Source: Octopus vulgaris (Eukaryota). Taken from it: a DNA stretch of 64,000 nt. Below the pieces are notes generated by a model. The model worked only from the letters and a program-made list of their open reading frames with translations, did no database searches and had not been told where the DNA came from. The DNA is taken from contig OX597821.1 of NCBI GenBank assembly GCA_951406725.2, forward strand, positions 98,642,001 through 98,706,000, given 5' to 3'. Shown one piece after another: positions 1 to 12,634 of this stretch (within the stretch, counting starts at the first letter, position 1; every line of letters begins with the position of its first letter). A program made the translations under genes and the position numbers.

Positions 1-273
1 TAGCTTTTGTTGTTTCTTCATCTTCTCCTTCTTCATATTTGTTAGGTGGTATGATTTCTTGTTTGTATTTGTCAGCTGAGAACAGATTTTTGTTTTGCTA
101 GTGTTTTGCCGCTATTTGTATCAGTTTTCCTTGCTTCTGAAGTAGGTATTTTTGCAGTCCTATGGTGGTTATTTTATAATAGTTTTCCAGCTGTATAAGG
201 CCTCTACCACCTTCTATACGTTGTATATATAGCCTTTCTATGTCAGATTTTGGGTGATGCATCCTAGATCCTG

Positions 274-275
<2 letters not shown>
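1..275 (-). mobile_element. 5'-truncated R4/Dong-clade non-LTR retrotransposon fragment
   Basis: MHHPKSDIERLYIQRIEGGRGLIQLENYYK, the post-RT motif of the R4 clade; abuts a (TAA)n tract. Confidence 0.7.
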
Positions 276-347
<72 letters not shown>

Positions 348-380
348 TTCATTATTATTATTATCATCATCATTATTATT
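276..380. repeat. (ATT)n/(ATC)n microsatellite
   Basis: Direct reading. Confidence 0.95.
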
Positions 381-503
381 TGATTTATTTTCCAAATTTT
401 AAAAAAGAATTCTTGTCTGTTAAAACTAATTTTCCACTTCCTGACCAAAATTTTCATCGTTTTTCATGTTTGAAAAATTATTTTTCCTCAGAAATTGTTA
501 TTC

Positions 504-537
<34 letters not shown>

Positions 538-745
538 CACATATTAATTATTAAGATTTTAGATATAAATTATATGAGATTTATGAGCATTAATGTTGTA
601 CATGAGAAGAGAACAGACTTCTCTATAGGAGCAAATGTAATAGCTGCAGTGTGTGTGTGTCTTGTAGAAGGGTCTTGGTGCATTTCATATCCCAAATTAA
701 TGCTCATAAATGTTCTATAAAATATAATACTTATATATGTATACA

Positions 746-801
<56 letters not shown>

Positions 802-907
802 ATTTATATTGGAGAAATTTTTCTACTAAATATATATTGGGTATTGAACAGTTAACCAGTGAAAATTGGATGTTTTACATCCCTATAAGAGGAGCTTGTT
901 TTCTTAC

Positions 908-963
<56 letters not shown>

Positions 964-1037
964 TATATATGTGTATATATATATAAGAATATATATATGT
1001 ATATATATGTACATATATATATATATGTATATATATA

Positions 1038-1256
1038 ACGGGAAGGTTTACGAAAATAAACAAAAGACGAAGGCAGGTCGAGTACAAACAAACAATTGTA
1101 TCAGTATGGCGCTCAGGAATAGAAATAAAACAAGTCTTTTATGTTTCGAGCCTACGCTCTTCGACAGAAAGATACACAAAAAAGAAACAAGGAGAGAAAA
1201 AAAATGGGTGTTGGAGCTAACGATCCAAATGCGTGTAGGAGCTAACAATCCAACAT
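1038..1256 (-). mobile_element. Penelope-type terminal remnant with hammerhead-like motif (1136-1171)
   Basis: Minus strand CTTT-CTGTCGA-A-GAGC GTAG GCTC-GAAA-CA-TA-AAAG; related copy at 1425-1651. Confidence 0.55.
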
Positions 1257-1424
1257 GTATATATATAGGTATATATATGTGCATATATATATATATATAT
1301 ATACATATATATACATAAATATATATAACAAATAATATATTTATGTATATATATATATATGTGTGTGTGTATGTGTGTGTGTGTATGCATGCATATATAT
1401 ATATACATATGCATATTTGGGTAC

Positions 1425-1649
1425 AGGATGTCACCAACTGTGATATATAAATATAGGGAGAGTTTACGAAAAAAACAAAAGACGAAGACAGGTGGTGTAC
1501 AACACAAACAGATGTATTAGTATAACGCTCAGGAATAGAAAAAGTCTTTTACGTTTCGAGCCCACGCTCTTCTACAGAAAGGGACACAGAAAAAATAAGG
1601 AGAGAAAAATATGTGTGTAATGGTTAACGATCGATCATGGTGTCTAACC

Positions 1650-1651
<2 letters not shown>
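1425..1651 (-). mobile_element. Penelope-type terminal remnant with hammerhead-like motif (1546-1581)
   Basis: Minus strand CTTT-CTGTAGA-A-GAGC GTGG GCTC-GAAA-CG-TA-AAAG. Confidence 0.55.
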
Positions 1652-1692
<41 letters not shown>

Positions 1693-1693
<1 letters not shown>

Positions 1694-2733
1694 TAGCAGA
1701 GATACCTGGCGTTGCCCGGTTACTTTCAATTGAAGAATTAGAATTTTCTGTTATATTTTCTGTAATGAACTGGAATACCTATGTTTCTAATTTCATCAAA
1801 ATTGCAGATGAGGGTTATTTCCCTCTTTACACACCCTAAAAAAATTGTAATCGTGCCACATGTATCCCATACTACTGATTTTATGTGCATATTCCAAAAT
1901 TCCAGTATTATAGAACCTGTTAAAAGGATTTTGCTCCTGAAAAATGGAGGTCATGGAGCCCTAAAATATGAGAGTTAAGGCCCCTATTGGGGGTGGGTGT
2001 CTTAATGTCAACCAGAGAAGTTGAATCGTTGGGAATCTTTTTAACTTGGGTCTTATATCTATTGTTTGAATTTCTTTGAAATAGGAAATATATGTTCACT
2101 GGGTTTGTAAAAGAGAGCAAAGCTACAGGAAAGCAAAAGACTAATGATCACAATAAGCAGTCAGTTACCCTACCCTAGTCGGTACCACTCCCAATGTAGG
2201 ATTCCTCACCATCCAGGTGATAGGCACAGCCGTAAGATGCATTACGAATGTATAGCAATTGGAAGGGCATGACCCAACTGAAATAAACATTAACAACTGT
2301 GTGACGTGATGGCTAAGGAGAAATGAAAGTTGGAGTTTGCAAATGACCACTATACTGATATGTAACTGGACAGAATAAATTTACAATCTATAAATGTCTT
2401 TGAATAACCAGTCACTCATCCGGGATGGCTTTGAAATCAATGTTACCATCTGGGGACTATATGTGGCCCAGTGATAATAAAAAGACTGAAAGGAGGTCTG
2501 CAATCAAATAACTTTACTCAACACTTTGCAACTGAATCAGTGAAGGCAAAGATGCCTCTCATTTACTTGACAATTTATGCAGCATGGGTGTATATATGTA
2601 TGCATGTATATATGTGTATATATATGTGTACATATTGCATGTACATCTATATATATATATACATCTAGACATACATGTATATCTATAGAAATACATCTAT
2701 ACATATACATGTTTACATATACAGCTATATATG

Positions 2734-2779
<46 letters not shown>

Positions 2780-3009
2780 CATATACATACAATAGAGAGA
2801 TGTTTTTGTTTCACTTTTAACACGTAATACTGAAATAGTGGAGAAGATATGATATTGCTGTGGGCTCGCCCTAGGCAAAAAGTTAAAAATTGTTTTTGCT
2901 GATGACACTCCCCAGACCCTAAGTAAGGCATGTGTAAAATTTGAATGAAATTGGTTGTGTAGTTCTCAAGTTTTAGGGAAACACACATTCTCAGTTTTAT
3001 GTATATAGA
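1693..3009 (-). mobile_element. Non-autonomous Helitron-like element
   Basis: Minus strand begins A|TCTATATACATAAAA and ends with hairpin CCGGGCAACGCCAGG...CTAG|T; no TSD. Confidence 0.6.
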
Positions 3010-3125
3010 TTAGGTTTGGAGGTGATGTACAGATATTATATATTAGAAAAAATAAGGTACTCATAAATCTGGATGTTTGTACATTTACAGATTTTTATTA
3101 ATATGTCACATGTTTTTATAAATCA

Positions 3126-3167
3126 TATATTAGCGCTTGCATCTACACTAGTAGATTCTTCAGATTT
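3126..3167 (-). ncRNA. Degenerate hammerhead motif in a short repeat remnant
   Basis: CTGAAGA-ATCTAC TAGT GTAGAT-GCAA (for GAAA)-GCGC-TA; perfect 6-bp stem II and palindromic stem III, but weak stem I. Confidence 0.4.
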
Positions 3168-3289
3168 GAATTTTTTGAGGGGATTCCTCTCTTTTTATAG
3201 TATTATTGAGTGTGTAGGGCTGGAGAGAGATATAGGATAATAAAAGAGGGTGAGGAATGGGGAGAAAATGAGAGAGAGTGTGTGTTTTT

Positions 3290-4095
3290 GTGTGTGTATG
3301 TGTGTCTGTGTATCTGAAAGGAGTGTCAATGGAAAAGAGAAGGAACGAAAGAAGGAAGAGAGAAAGAAGAAAAAATGTGTTTACATCTATACAGCTGGTC
3401 AGTTCTTTCAATAGAAAGTGATGAGTTCATTCTTGGCCTTTAAAAATGACAAAACCAGGTGGCTACTCTAAGGGGGAGGGGTCTTACAGCTGTTCAGTTC
3501 TTTCAATAGAGGATGTCAAGACTTTTATTAACCAACTTGTCATCTATTGAAAGAACTGAACAGATGTGTAGATGTAAACACAATTTTTTCTTCTTTTCTT
3601 CCTTCTTTCTTTCCTTCTCTTTTCCATTGACACTTCTTTCAGATACACAGGCACACAAACACACACACACACACTCTCTCTCACTAGACAATGATGATAA
3701 TAAATCCAGACAATTTTTTGAAAAATAACTTTTATCAAAGCATGACCCCACCTCCTGGTTTTGCCATTTTTAAAGGCCAACAATCAACTCATCACTTTCT
3801 ATTAAAGGAACTGACCAGCTGTATAGATGTAAACACATTTTTCTTCTTTCTCTCTTTCTTCTTTCTTTCCTTCTCTTTTCCATTGACACTCCTTTCAGAT
3901 ACACAGACACACACACTCCTCTTTGAGTTATATTTAGAATACAAAATGTACTACCACCCCTTTCAAATATTCATTTTTGGAGGGAATTTTTCGATGAAAT
4001 GTAGTTAAAATGTACTACATTTCATTAAAAAATTCCCTCAAAAAACGAATGTTTGGAAGGGTACATTTTGTATTCTAAATATGACTCAAAGAGAA
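3290..4095. repeat. Complex nested inverted repeats (foldback)
   Basis: 3290-3460 mirrors 3752-3915; a third partial copy at 3488-3670; separate inverted pair within 3918-4093. Confidence 0.7.
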
Positions 4096-4549
4096 GAAAA
4101 AGAAAGAAAGAGGGAAAAAAAGGGGAAGAGAGAAAGAAAGCAAAATGACTTTCAGTGATGACCAAACCACACCTGTTTTTTTTTTTAAAGGTCGTCATCC
4201 TTACACCAATTCCAATACAATGGTAAAGGAGTAAATAAATTAATGAATGAATGGTGAATAGGAACAGGGATACCCCTTCTCTTGCTCTCTCTCTCCCTCT
4301 ACCTATCTGTCTATATGTCTGACTATCTATCTGTCCGTCCGTCCATCCATCCATCCATCTATCCATCTATCTATCTATCTATCCATCTACCCATCTATCC
4401 ATTCTATCAGCCTATCTACCTACCTATATTTCTATCTATCCATCTCCATTGTTATGGAACATCACCCAATAAAACAAAAACAATATTCTCTTCTAAACAA
4501 AATCCCCCCAAAACATCTGTTTTATATAATTGAACAAGCTGTTTGTACA

Positions 4550-4611
<62 letters not shown>

Positions 4612-4614
<3 letters not shown>

Positions 4615-4896
4615 GTAAAATAATATGTGACGATTATTCAATAGCCAAGATAAAACTGTTCAGTTTCGGATGCTGAGATGGAAATCCACAACACCATCTC
4701 TTCGGTTATCTGGCATTTTTCAGATGGCCAGATAACCGAAGAGATGGTGTTGTGGATTTCCTCCTCGGCATCCGAAACTCAGAGTTTTATCTTGGCTATT
4801 GAATAATTGTCACATATTATTTTACAGATAAATTTCCTGTATTTACATAATATTGAGGTCTCTTTCTTTCTTTCTTTTGTTATCTTACCGTTTTTA

Positions 4897-4900
<4 letters not shown>
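4612..4900. mobile_element. Palindromic element with opposing hammerhead-like motifs (+ arm 4726-4796)
   Basis: About 100-bp inverted arms; GCCAGATAA-CCGAAGA-GATG..CATC-C-GAAA-CTCAGAG-TT-TTATCTTGGC; second copy at 37948-38237; flanked by (TA)n. Confidence 0.65.
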
Positions 4901-4936
<36 letters not shown>

Positions 4937-4937
<1 letters not shown>

Positions 4938-6644
4938 TAGCTTAAGGTGACCCGCTCTCTGCATGGGTAAGAGTATGGTTGTTACTTTCTGTTGCTTCCT
5001 TTCGGCACGTAAAAAGCACCAACCGATCGTGGCCGCTGCCATCCCCCCCTTGGCACCTGTGCCGGTGGCACGAAAAAAACACCCACTACACTCACGGAGT
5101 GGTTAGCGTTTGAAGGGCATCCAGCTGTAGAAGCACTGCCAGATCAGACTGGAGCTTGGTACAGCCTCCTGGCTTCCCAGAACCCGGTCAAACTGTCCAA
5201 CCCGTGCTAGCACGGAAAACGGACGTTAAACGAAGATGATGATTCTCCCTCTTTGTTTCTCTCTCCTTTCTCTCTCACTTTCCCACTCTCTTACTCTTCC
5301 TTTCTCTTGGATTCTCCCTCGCTTTCTCTTACTCTATCTTTATCTATCTCTCCCCCATTTATAAACAACAAAAGATCTTGAGTAAGTTGAGAAAGAAATA
5401 TATTTTCAAAGATCACTCATAAATATCAGGCAATGACAACGGAAAGGTCTGCTTCAAGGCAGAAAACAAAACACTAACATTTAAAAGAGAAAGACGAACT
5501 TGCGAGCTGAATAAAAATAAAAAAATATTGGAAACCAAAGTTTGAAGGGATAAAATCTGAGGATAGTAGAGTCACCATGGCTGGCATTTCTTAACAACGG
5601 ACAGCAATGTAGTGGCAGTTTAACGGCTGGTGTAAAATTTTGAACTTGATGTAAAAGAAAATTCCTAAACACCAAGTTTTGAAGTGATTTTTTCTCACTA
5701 CAGTAGACTCACCATGGCAAGCATTCAAAACTTCTTCATCATGGACGGCAATACATTGACGATTAAAAGGCTGGCGCAAACTTTTTAGCTTGATGTAACA
5801 GAGAATTCCTAAACAGCCACTCCTGTAAATTTTAATCCCCTTCCAACTCCATTTAGACCCCTTTTCACTATTAGGCAAATCAAACAGTGAAAAACATAAA
5901 CCAAAACATAAAAATAAAAATATAATATACAAAATATATAAAATATAAAATTTAAAAATTTAAATTATTTAAATTTAAAATTAAAATTCTTAATTTATAT
6001 TTATAATTTAAAAAAAAATATATATAACTATAAAAAAATATAAAAAAGTTTAATATACATAAATACAGATATATACACTTTGTATATATACATTATATAT
6101 ATACATATTTATATATAGAACACACACATATATATAAATTAATCCAATAAATATCTCATTCATAATATTTGTTCTCATGATTGTGTGGTGGTTGTGGCGA
6201 TGATAATTCTCTCTATGAATGCAGACAGACGTAGAGAGAGAGAGAGTGTGTGACAACGCTGTCGAAGGCGGGGAGTGGGGAGATATAGAATGCTGTGAAA
6301 CGACGTTATAAAGAGAAAGTGAAGGGGAAGTAGACACTGTGAAACAACGTTATAGATAGAATGTGATGGGAGGGGAGGAAAGAGAGTGAGTGATGGAGGA
6401 AGACAGATACATAAAAGAATGAAAGTAGACTTGTCAAAGTGCGTTTTTGGCCCTAGCAACGACATCTTTTAAGATGGAGATTTCTAACCTAGCCCACTCG
6501 CATCCTCACCTCCTTTTCCATGTCCCTGTAAATTTTGGAGTCAATCCGACGGGATCTAGTGGCCTTTAACCCGTTCTCAATGCCAAAACCAGACAAACAA
6601 ACAAACAAACAAACTTTTCGCATTTCAGAATTATAATATAGAGA
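4937..6644 (-). mobile_element. Non-autonomous Helitron-like element with nested RTE 3' fragment (about 4997-5242)
   Basis: Minus strand begins A|TCTCTATATTATA with (GTTT)n and ends with an ACCC...GGGT hairpin and CTAG|T. Confidence 0.55.
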
Positions 6645-6695
6645 TATATATGTACATGTATATATATGTATGTACATATATATATATTTATATGT

Positions 6696-6743
<48 letters not shown>

Positions 6744-6749
<6 letters not shown>

Positions 6750-7331
6750 AGAAATTAAATATAAAATATAAATTACAAAGTGGGACAAGAACGCAAAAAC
6801 ACACAAAGAGACGACACAAAAAAAACAGACGGGTCACTCGAAGCCTCTAATCTTCAGTCGGGAACCGGATCATCTTAGTAATTTCGGCTGTTTAATCTCG
6901 ATATTACTCCGAACCGGCCAGCCCCAAGGAAAAACCAAGCCACAGGCATTGGATTTCTTGGAAAGAGGATCGAATGTATACGAAACAAAGACAGGATGCC
7001 ACACGAATATAAATACAAGAAACAAAAATAGAAATAAAAAACAGAAATAAAAAACACGAATGGTGGACAGTACAAGGACAGGGGCGTCTTACGACTTTAG
7101 ACAATTTTTAACTTATCTTGGCTGGCGTATATGAAAAAAGCCTTTACGGCAAAAACGAAAACAATGTTAACGTGGCCGCGGTCAAGCCGAAACGACCAGT
7201 TTGAACGCAGTCACGTGAGAGCACGGAAGAAAGAGAAAGAAAAAGAAAGGCAGGGAGCAAGGAATTAAAGAGAGAGGGAAGCGTTCTTGTCCCACTTTGT
7301 AATTTATATTTTATATTTAATTTCTATACAT
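6744..7331. mobile_element. Element with 51-bp terminal inverted repeats (Penelope-type inverted terminus or MITE) in (TA)n
   Basis: ATGTATAGAAATT...GACAAGAACGC (6744-6794) is mirrored at 7281-7331. Confidence 0.5.
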
Positions 7332-7364
7332 ATATTATTGCGGCGTAACGTACCCCTATCTCCT

Positions 7365-7370
7365 ATGTAT

Positions 7371-7454
<84 letters not shown>

Positions 7455-7552
7455 GTTTATATATATATATATACATGTATAAATATATATGTATATGTAT
7501 AAATATATATATATATGTATAAATATATGTATGTATATATATACATACATAC

Positions 7553-7584
<32 letters not shown>

Positions 7585-7585
7585 G

Positions 7586-7625
<40 letters not shown>

Positions 7626-7675
7626 TATATATATATGTATGTATATATATATATGTATGTATGTATATATATATG

Positions 7676-7734
<59 letters not shown>
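7365..7734. repeat. (TA)n/(TATG)n microsatellite
   Basis: Direct reading. Confidence 0.95.
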
Positions 7735-7736
<2 letters not shown>

Positions 7737-7899
7737 AACATTTGTAGAAAACCATAAATCCAGAGAAGAAGAATACTCTAAGATGAAGAACAGTTAATAT
7801 TATTATGGGATTGACCGATTTATGGGGTCTGGGTTTCACGTTCATAAGGGTTAGGGTTTCTCCTGTAAGTTATGTTCCAAGTGTGTCCCAAAATAATCA

Positions 7900-9325
7900 A
7901 CTTATCTAAGAAAACTCTCTCCACAACAAAAATCCATATTTTAGCTAAACGTTTAAATTTATATCCACCCCATGTAGACCCAACTTCAATGAAATTAAAG
8001 ATAATATGGCAGAATTCTGTAGAAAACTTTGATTGACAGAAGCACTAACAAACTACAACAACGATGACTAGCGAGAAATAAAAGTATCTACCACCCAAAG
8101 GAAGGAATAAAACACTAGATGACTTCTGCAACTGTATCCAGAGTTTTCTCCACACTATCTATAAACCAAAAATTGTACCTAACTTCAACAACCTACAATG
8201 GAAGCACCTACTATAGCTAAAGAAACAACAAAGACCTGACAATCAAAGAAGCAGACAAAGTAGTGCTGTAGTCCTGATGGACACAGAATACTATAAAACC
8301 CTAGCATTGTTCATACTAGAAAATGACTTCTTTTATGAAAAAGTAGCAAATTATAGGCAGCTAAAAATATTAAAAGATCATGCATCTTTAATACTCAAAC
8401 AATGGAAAAGGCCTCACAGAAAGTAAAAAAAGACTATATCACAAACTTTAAATGCAAACCAAGCCTTTTCTATGGCCTCCCCAAAATCCACAGGGGTCAA
8501 ATAATTACTAATGCCTGCAAATCAAATCCAGGTCTATAACATAAATATCCCAACATCAGAATACCTAAAACTAAGGCCTATTATAGTGGGCCCAGCCTGT
8601 GAAACACACCGCCTAAGCGACTTTTTAGACATACTATTGAAACCTTTCCTCAAATACATTAAAAATTTAATTAAAGACAATCTGGACATGCTAGAGCATC
8701 TACCAAAACCACCAACAAAGAAATACTATTAGTCTCCTTCGATGTCATCAACCTCTACACTAACATTCCATATGACTACGGAATAGAGGCATTAAAGTTC
8801 TGGTTAGAAAAATACTCCAAAGTTCTCCCTGATTGCACAAACCAGACTTTTGTCATTGAATCCCTGAAGTTCATCCTACAAAACAATTACTTCCTATTCA
8901 ATGCAACATACAACCACCAAAAATGTGGTATTGTAATGGAAACAAAAGCAGTGCCTGTCTTTGCAAACCTAATAATGGGTTTCTTTGAATCTACCCTATA
9001 TGAACTTTCGCAGCAAAAATTTGCCCTCACCCCCGTTCCAGTATATAAGAGAAAACTGGAAAAGGTACCTAGACGATTGTTTTATCATCTGGAATGAAAC
9101 CTATGACAAACTCCTGGAATTCAAATCCACACTGAACAATATAATAAACTCCAATATTCAATTTACAATGGAATATAGTAAGGAACAACTTCCATTTTTG
9201 GACATTTTGATTATAAAAAAAATCCAACAACCAAATTGCAACTGACATCTACTACAAACCAACAGAGTTAAAACAGTATCTCCTTTTCAGTTCATGCCAT
9301 CCTAAACACACCAAAATAAGTATAA
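7900..9325 (+). mobile_element. Decayed Penelope-like element reverse transcriptase
   Basis: Frameshifted motifs FYGLPKIH, LRPIIVGPACETHRLSDFLDILLKP, LVSFDVINLYTNIP, WKRYLDDCFIIW, FTMEYSKEQLPFLDILI, TDIYYKPT, SSCHPKHTK. Confidence 0.88.
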
Positions 9326-10074
9326 AAACTGTCTATTTCTCAAAGTTGGACCAGTCAAAGAAATAAGTTCCAAACGTAGAAGCAGGATCTAGAATGGTAA
9401 TCAATTTAGCAATAACGAAAATTTTCATTCAAACAAGAGCAGATCCCTACTGGACGAATGAGAAGATAGCACTTCTCAGTCCTGCACTGACTATGTAAAC
9501 CGGATGCACAACTGCCCATTCTTTCTGTTAGTCTGTTTCTCCCTGTCCCCTTTAATAGAACTAGGTCAGAGCATGAAATTGTCAGCAAGATCGATATCGC
9601 CTTTAAGCTATGCATTAAATATATATAAGCAGAACTCAAGGACGTTCTCTCTCTTTATTTCATGCAACCCAGCCAGAGTTATAAATCGGTGAAGTCAGTC
9701 ATTTTCTACTTGTTTAAACTAATCATTATAAAACAGGTTTCTGTTCAGACGAGACATCGATTTGCCATATTCTGATTCTCTCAGCTTACCATTGACATGT
9801 TGATCTTTTATCTCAGTACTTTTACTTCATGTTGCATTTCACAAACACTACTAATTACACAAATGACTTTACAAATAACTTCGTATGTGCTCAACACTAC
9901 ACATGTAGCACTTGTTATCTCAAACCTTGTTTTACTGAATGTTGTAAATGAAAATTGTTTACTTCTTTTCTGTGATACTATTTCAATCAAACCTAGTATT
10001 TTGAAATATTTGGAAGTAAATACGTTCTGTTTGACAACGATTAAGAGAACCTCTCAAGTCAGTTGTGGTATACT

Positions 10075-10307
10075 GCAGCGAGCTAGCAGAAACGTTAGCG
10101 CGCCGGGCGAAATGCCTAGCGGTATTTCGTCTGTCGTTACGTTCTGAGTTCAAATTCTGCCGAGGTCGACTTTACCTTTCATCCTTTCGGGGTTGATAAA
10201 TAAAGTACCAGTTTCGCACTGGGGTCGATGTAATCGACTTAATACCTATGACTGTCCTTGTTTGTCCTCTCTGTGTTTAGCCCCTTGTGGGTAATAAAGA
10301 AATAGGT
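10075..10307 (+). mobile_element. tRNA-derived SINE, family B
   Basis: GAGCTAGCAGAA..GAGTTCAAATTC B box, then GTCGACTTT(A/G)CCTTTCATCCTTTCGGGG..GATAAA..AAGTACCAG conserved domain. Confidence 0.8.
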
Positions 10308-11031
10308 ATACCTTTTGGTGGTAAGATATAAAGAAAACATACACACACACACACTTTATTGTTCTTTGTTTCTTCAATGTATATTTTCTACAGTGGTCAC
10401 CGAAACGGAGCTTTCTTGTTTGGCTCAGACTTTTTGCAATTTTAAAATTAAGTAAAAACTACCAAATTTGGTATATTGATGTAAATTTTTCACGCTGAAT
10501 TTGATGTTGTTATTCACTTGTTCTTGGAAAAATTTTTAGGAAAATGTTACTCAGGTTTGAGGTTTGGTTATTTTCACCCAATCAGAAATAAGGATTTGGA
10601 AGCTGGCATTTAGTACGTGATCACAATATTACAATGACAAAACATTTAACAACAGAAGTTTTAATGATTTTTTTCTTTTCTATTTTTTTTTGTGAGGTAT
10701 GTAAACAATAGAAAAAGGAAAAGTCCTCAATCAACTTCATTTTTTTCTTTTTTGAGAAAAATAAAAAATAAGAATCTTTACCGGTAGATTTAGAAAATAA
10801 TTTTTTGTAACTAAACACTTTCAAACTTCGTATACTGGTAGAATGTGTCATATAAAACATCTTTTACTCTTAGCGTTTTTGAGAAAAGTTTATGTTTACG
10901 AAGTCATTTCGTGTTAAAGTTCTCGTATTTCGGTAATTTCAACCAATCAGCTGAATAAAATTAGTTCTGTTGTTTATCAACAACAACTTCCGGCTGTGTA
11001 TATTTCGTCTGTCACTGCTATTTATGACATA

Positions 11032-11414
11032 CTAGCAGTATCGCCCGGCGTTGCTCAGGTTTGTAAGGGAAATAACTATAAAGCATTTTTAGAGAGTTAT
11101 AGCCAAAAAATAGCAAAAAAATGGGGAAAAAATGATGGTAAATTTTTTTTGAGTTAAAAAAGGTGGAGTTGCGTCCCCTAGACGGTCTGTGGTTTGGGTT
11201 TCTGATTCTCGACCCCATGTCGAATTTATCGATTTTTTTTCAGAACTGGGGGAACTTTTCAAAATTTTCGCTGCGTTAGTTTTGAATTATGACATTGGGC
11301 TATGTGTGTGTCAAGTTTCATCAGAATCGGTTGAAAGCCGTGGTCAGAGTGAGGGTACGAGAAAACAGACACACAGAAAACGCACAGACAAACTGCCGTT
11401 TATATAGAGAGAGA
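11032..11414 (-). mobile_element. Non-autonomous Helitron nested in a foldback element
   Basis: 5' TC, subterminal GAGCAACGCCGGGCGATACTG-CTAG 3' end, inserted at A|T; 3' end shared with 16527-17063. Confidence 0.75.
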
Positions 11415-11617
11415 TTTCAACTCAGTTACGTTTGTATAAATAAACGAGTGTATCTGAAGCATGTTTACTTCATGGTACCACCATAATCGTTCGAGCATTT
11501 TTATTGCTTTTAGTTTTTTTTTTCCTGCTTTTCAGCTACTATTTTCGGATTTTTTTGCCCCCCTACCCCTACCCTTACCCCTCCAATTTCTTCATTTTTC
11601 ATTTTTTTTCCGTAACT

Positions 11618-11716
11618 CTAACCCTAAAACCCTAAAATTACAACCCTAACCCTAAAATCCTAACCTTAACACCCTAACCTTAAAACCCTAACCCTAACCC
11701 TAAAACCTTAAAGCTA
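11618..11716 (-). repeat. Degenerate interstitial (TTAGGG)n-like array
   Basis: taaccctaaaaccctaa...ccctaaccctaaccctaaaacc. Confidence 0.85.
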
Positions 11717-12067
11717 AAACCAGTACAAACGCATGAACGATGTCATAAATAACAGTGACAAACGAAAAATACACAGCCGCAAGTTGTTGTTGACAAACAA
11801 CGGCACTAATTTTATTCAGCTGAATACACGTCATTGATTGGTTGAAATTACCGAAGTACGAGAACTTTAACACGAAATGACTTCGTAAACATAAACTTTT
11901 CTCGAAAACGCTAAGAGTAAAAGATGTTTTATATGACACATTCTACCAGTGTCCGAAGTTTGAAAGTGTTTAGTTACAAAAAATTACTTTCTAAATCTGT
12001 CGGTCAAAAGGTAAAAGATCTCTAACTCCTCCCTTCCTTCTTTTCATGTGTGGCGGCACCGAAAGGG

Positions 12068-12634
12068 CGATTCGTGTCGTTCACGAGAAGAGACTCAATA
12101 GATCGCAGTGTGTTAGCTGCTCTACTAAGCACGTCACTCCGAACGGCAAATCGAGTCGTCCCTTTCGTCTCGATCTCTTTCAAGTCGGGCGGGCCGTCGA
12201 CAACGAGACCGACGTCCCAGAATGGCAATTCTGCCGGCTCACCACGCGGACGCGACGGACGGCGAACGCCGAACTAAGGCATATACCTTGAAGTTGACAC
12301 ACTTTTAGTAAAACAACTCGGGTCCGGCTACGGTTCCGACTACATTTCCGGCTTAGAAGTCTTCAGCCGTTATTGCTCAGAGGTAGCCTGGCACCACCGC
12401 TCTATCGGGTGAGAGCGCAAATCCCACGTTTCCTCTCGTACTAGACAGGATAGCCGTAGCCGAGTTGACGTTTCCGACGCCCGCCTAAGGTCGGCGACAG
12501 CGACGGACGACGCGCGAACGCGCCGCCGCTACCGCGCACCGAGCTCCAGACGCGATTCGGGGAGCCGCATTCGTGCGATGCATCGGTAGGTTAAAACTAA
12601 CCTGTCTCACGACGGTCTAAGCCCGGCTCACGTT
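12068..12634 (-). pseudogene. Orphan fragment of the 28S rRNA 3' end
   Basis: Minus strand carries AACGTGAGCCGGGCTTAGACCGTCGTGAGACAGGTTAGTTTTA, the sarcin-ricin loop AGTACGAGAGGAA (12430-12442) and the 3'-terminal GCAGCT...CTGCGATCTATTG motif in the correct order; forms a GC-rich island in AT-rich DNA. Confidence 0.9.

Larger units (their letters stand above)
10773..12020. mobile_element. Foldback/MITE with about 260-bp inverted arms and internal telomere-like repeats
   Basis: 10773-11030 mirrors 11741-12020; (CCCTAA)-variant array at 11618-11716. Confidence 0.75.

Noticed and set aside
6835-6895. Possible type II hammerhead on the minus strand (AGCC-GAAA...ATC-CGG TTC CCG-A-CTGAAGA...GGCT)
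   Set aside because: Needs insertions at two junctions; cannot be supported from one copy.
11618-11716. True telomere or chromosome fusion site
   Set aside because: Short, degenerate, single orientation and internal to a TIR element.
12022-12291. GC-rich ORFs of 68-81 aa
   Set aside because: They overlap the 28S rRNA fragment and stay open only because of high GC.
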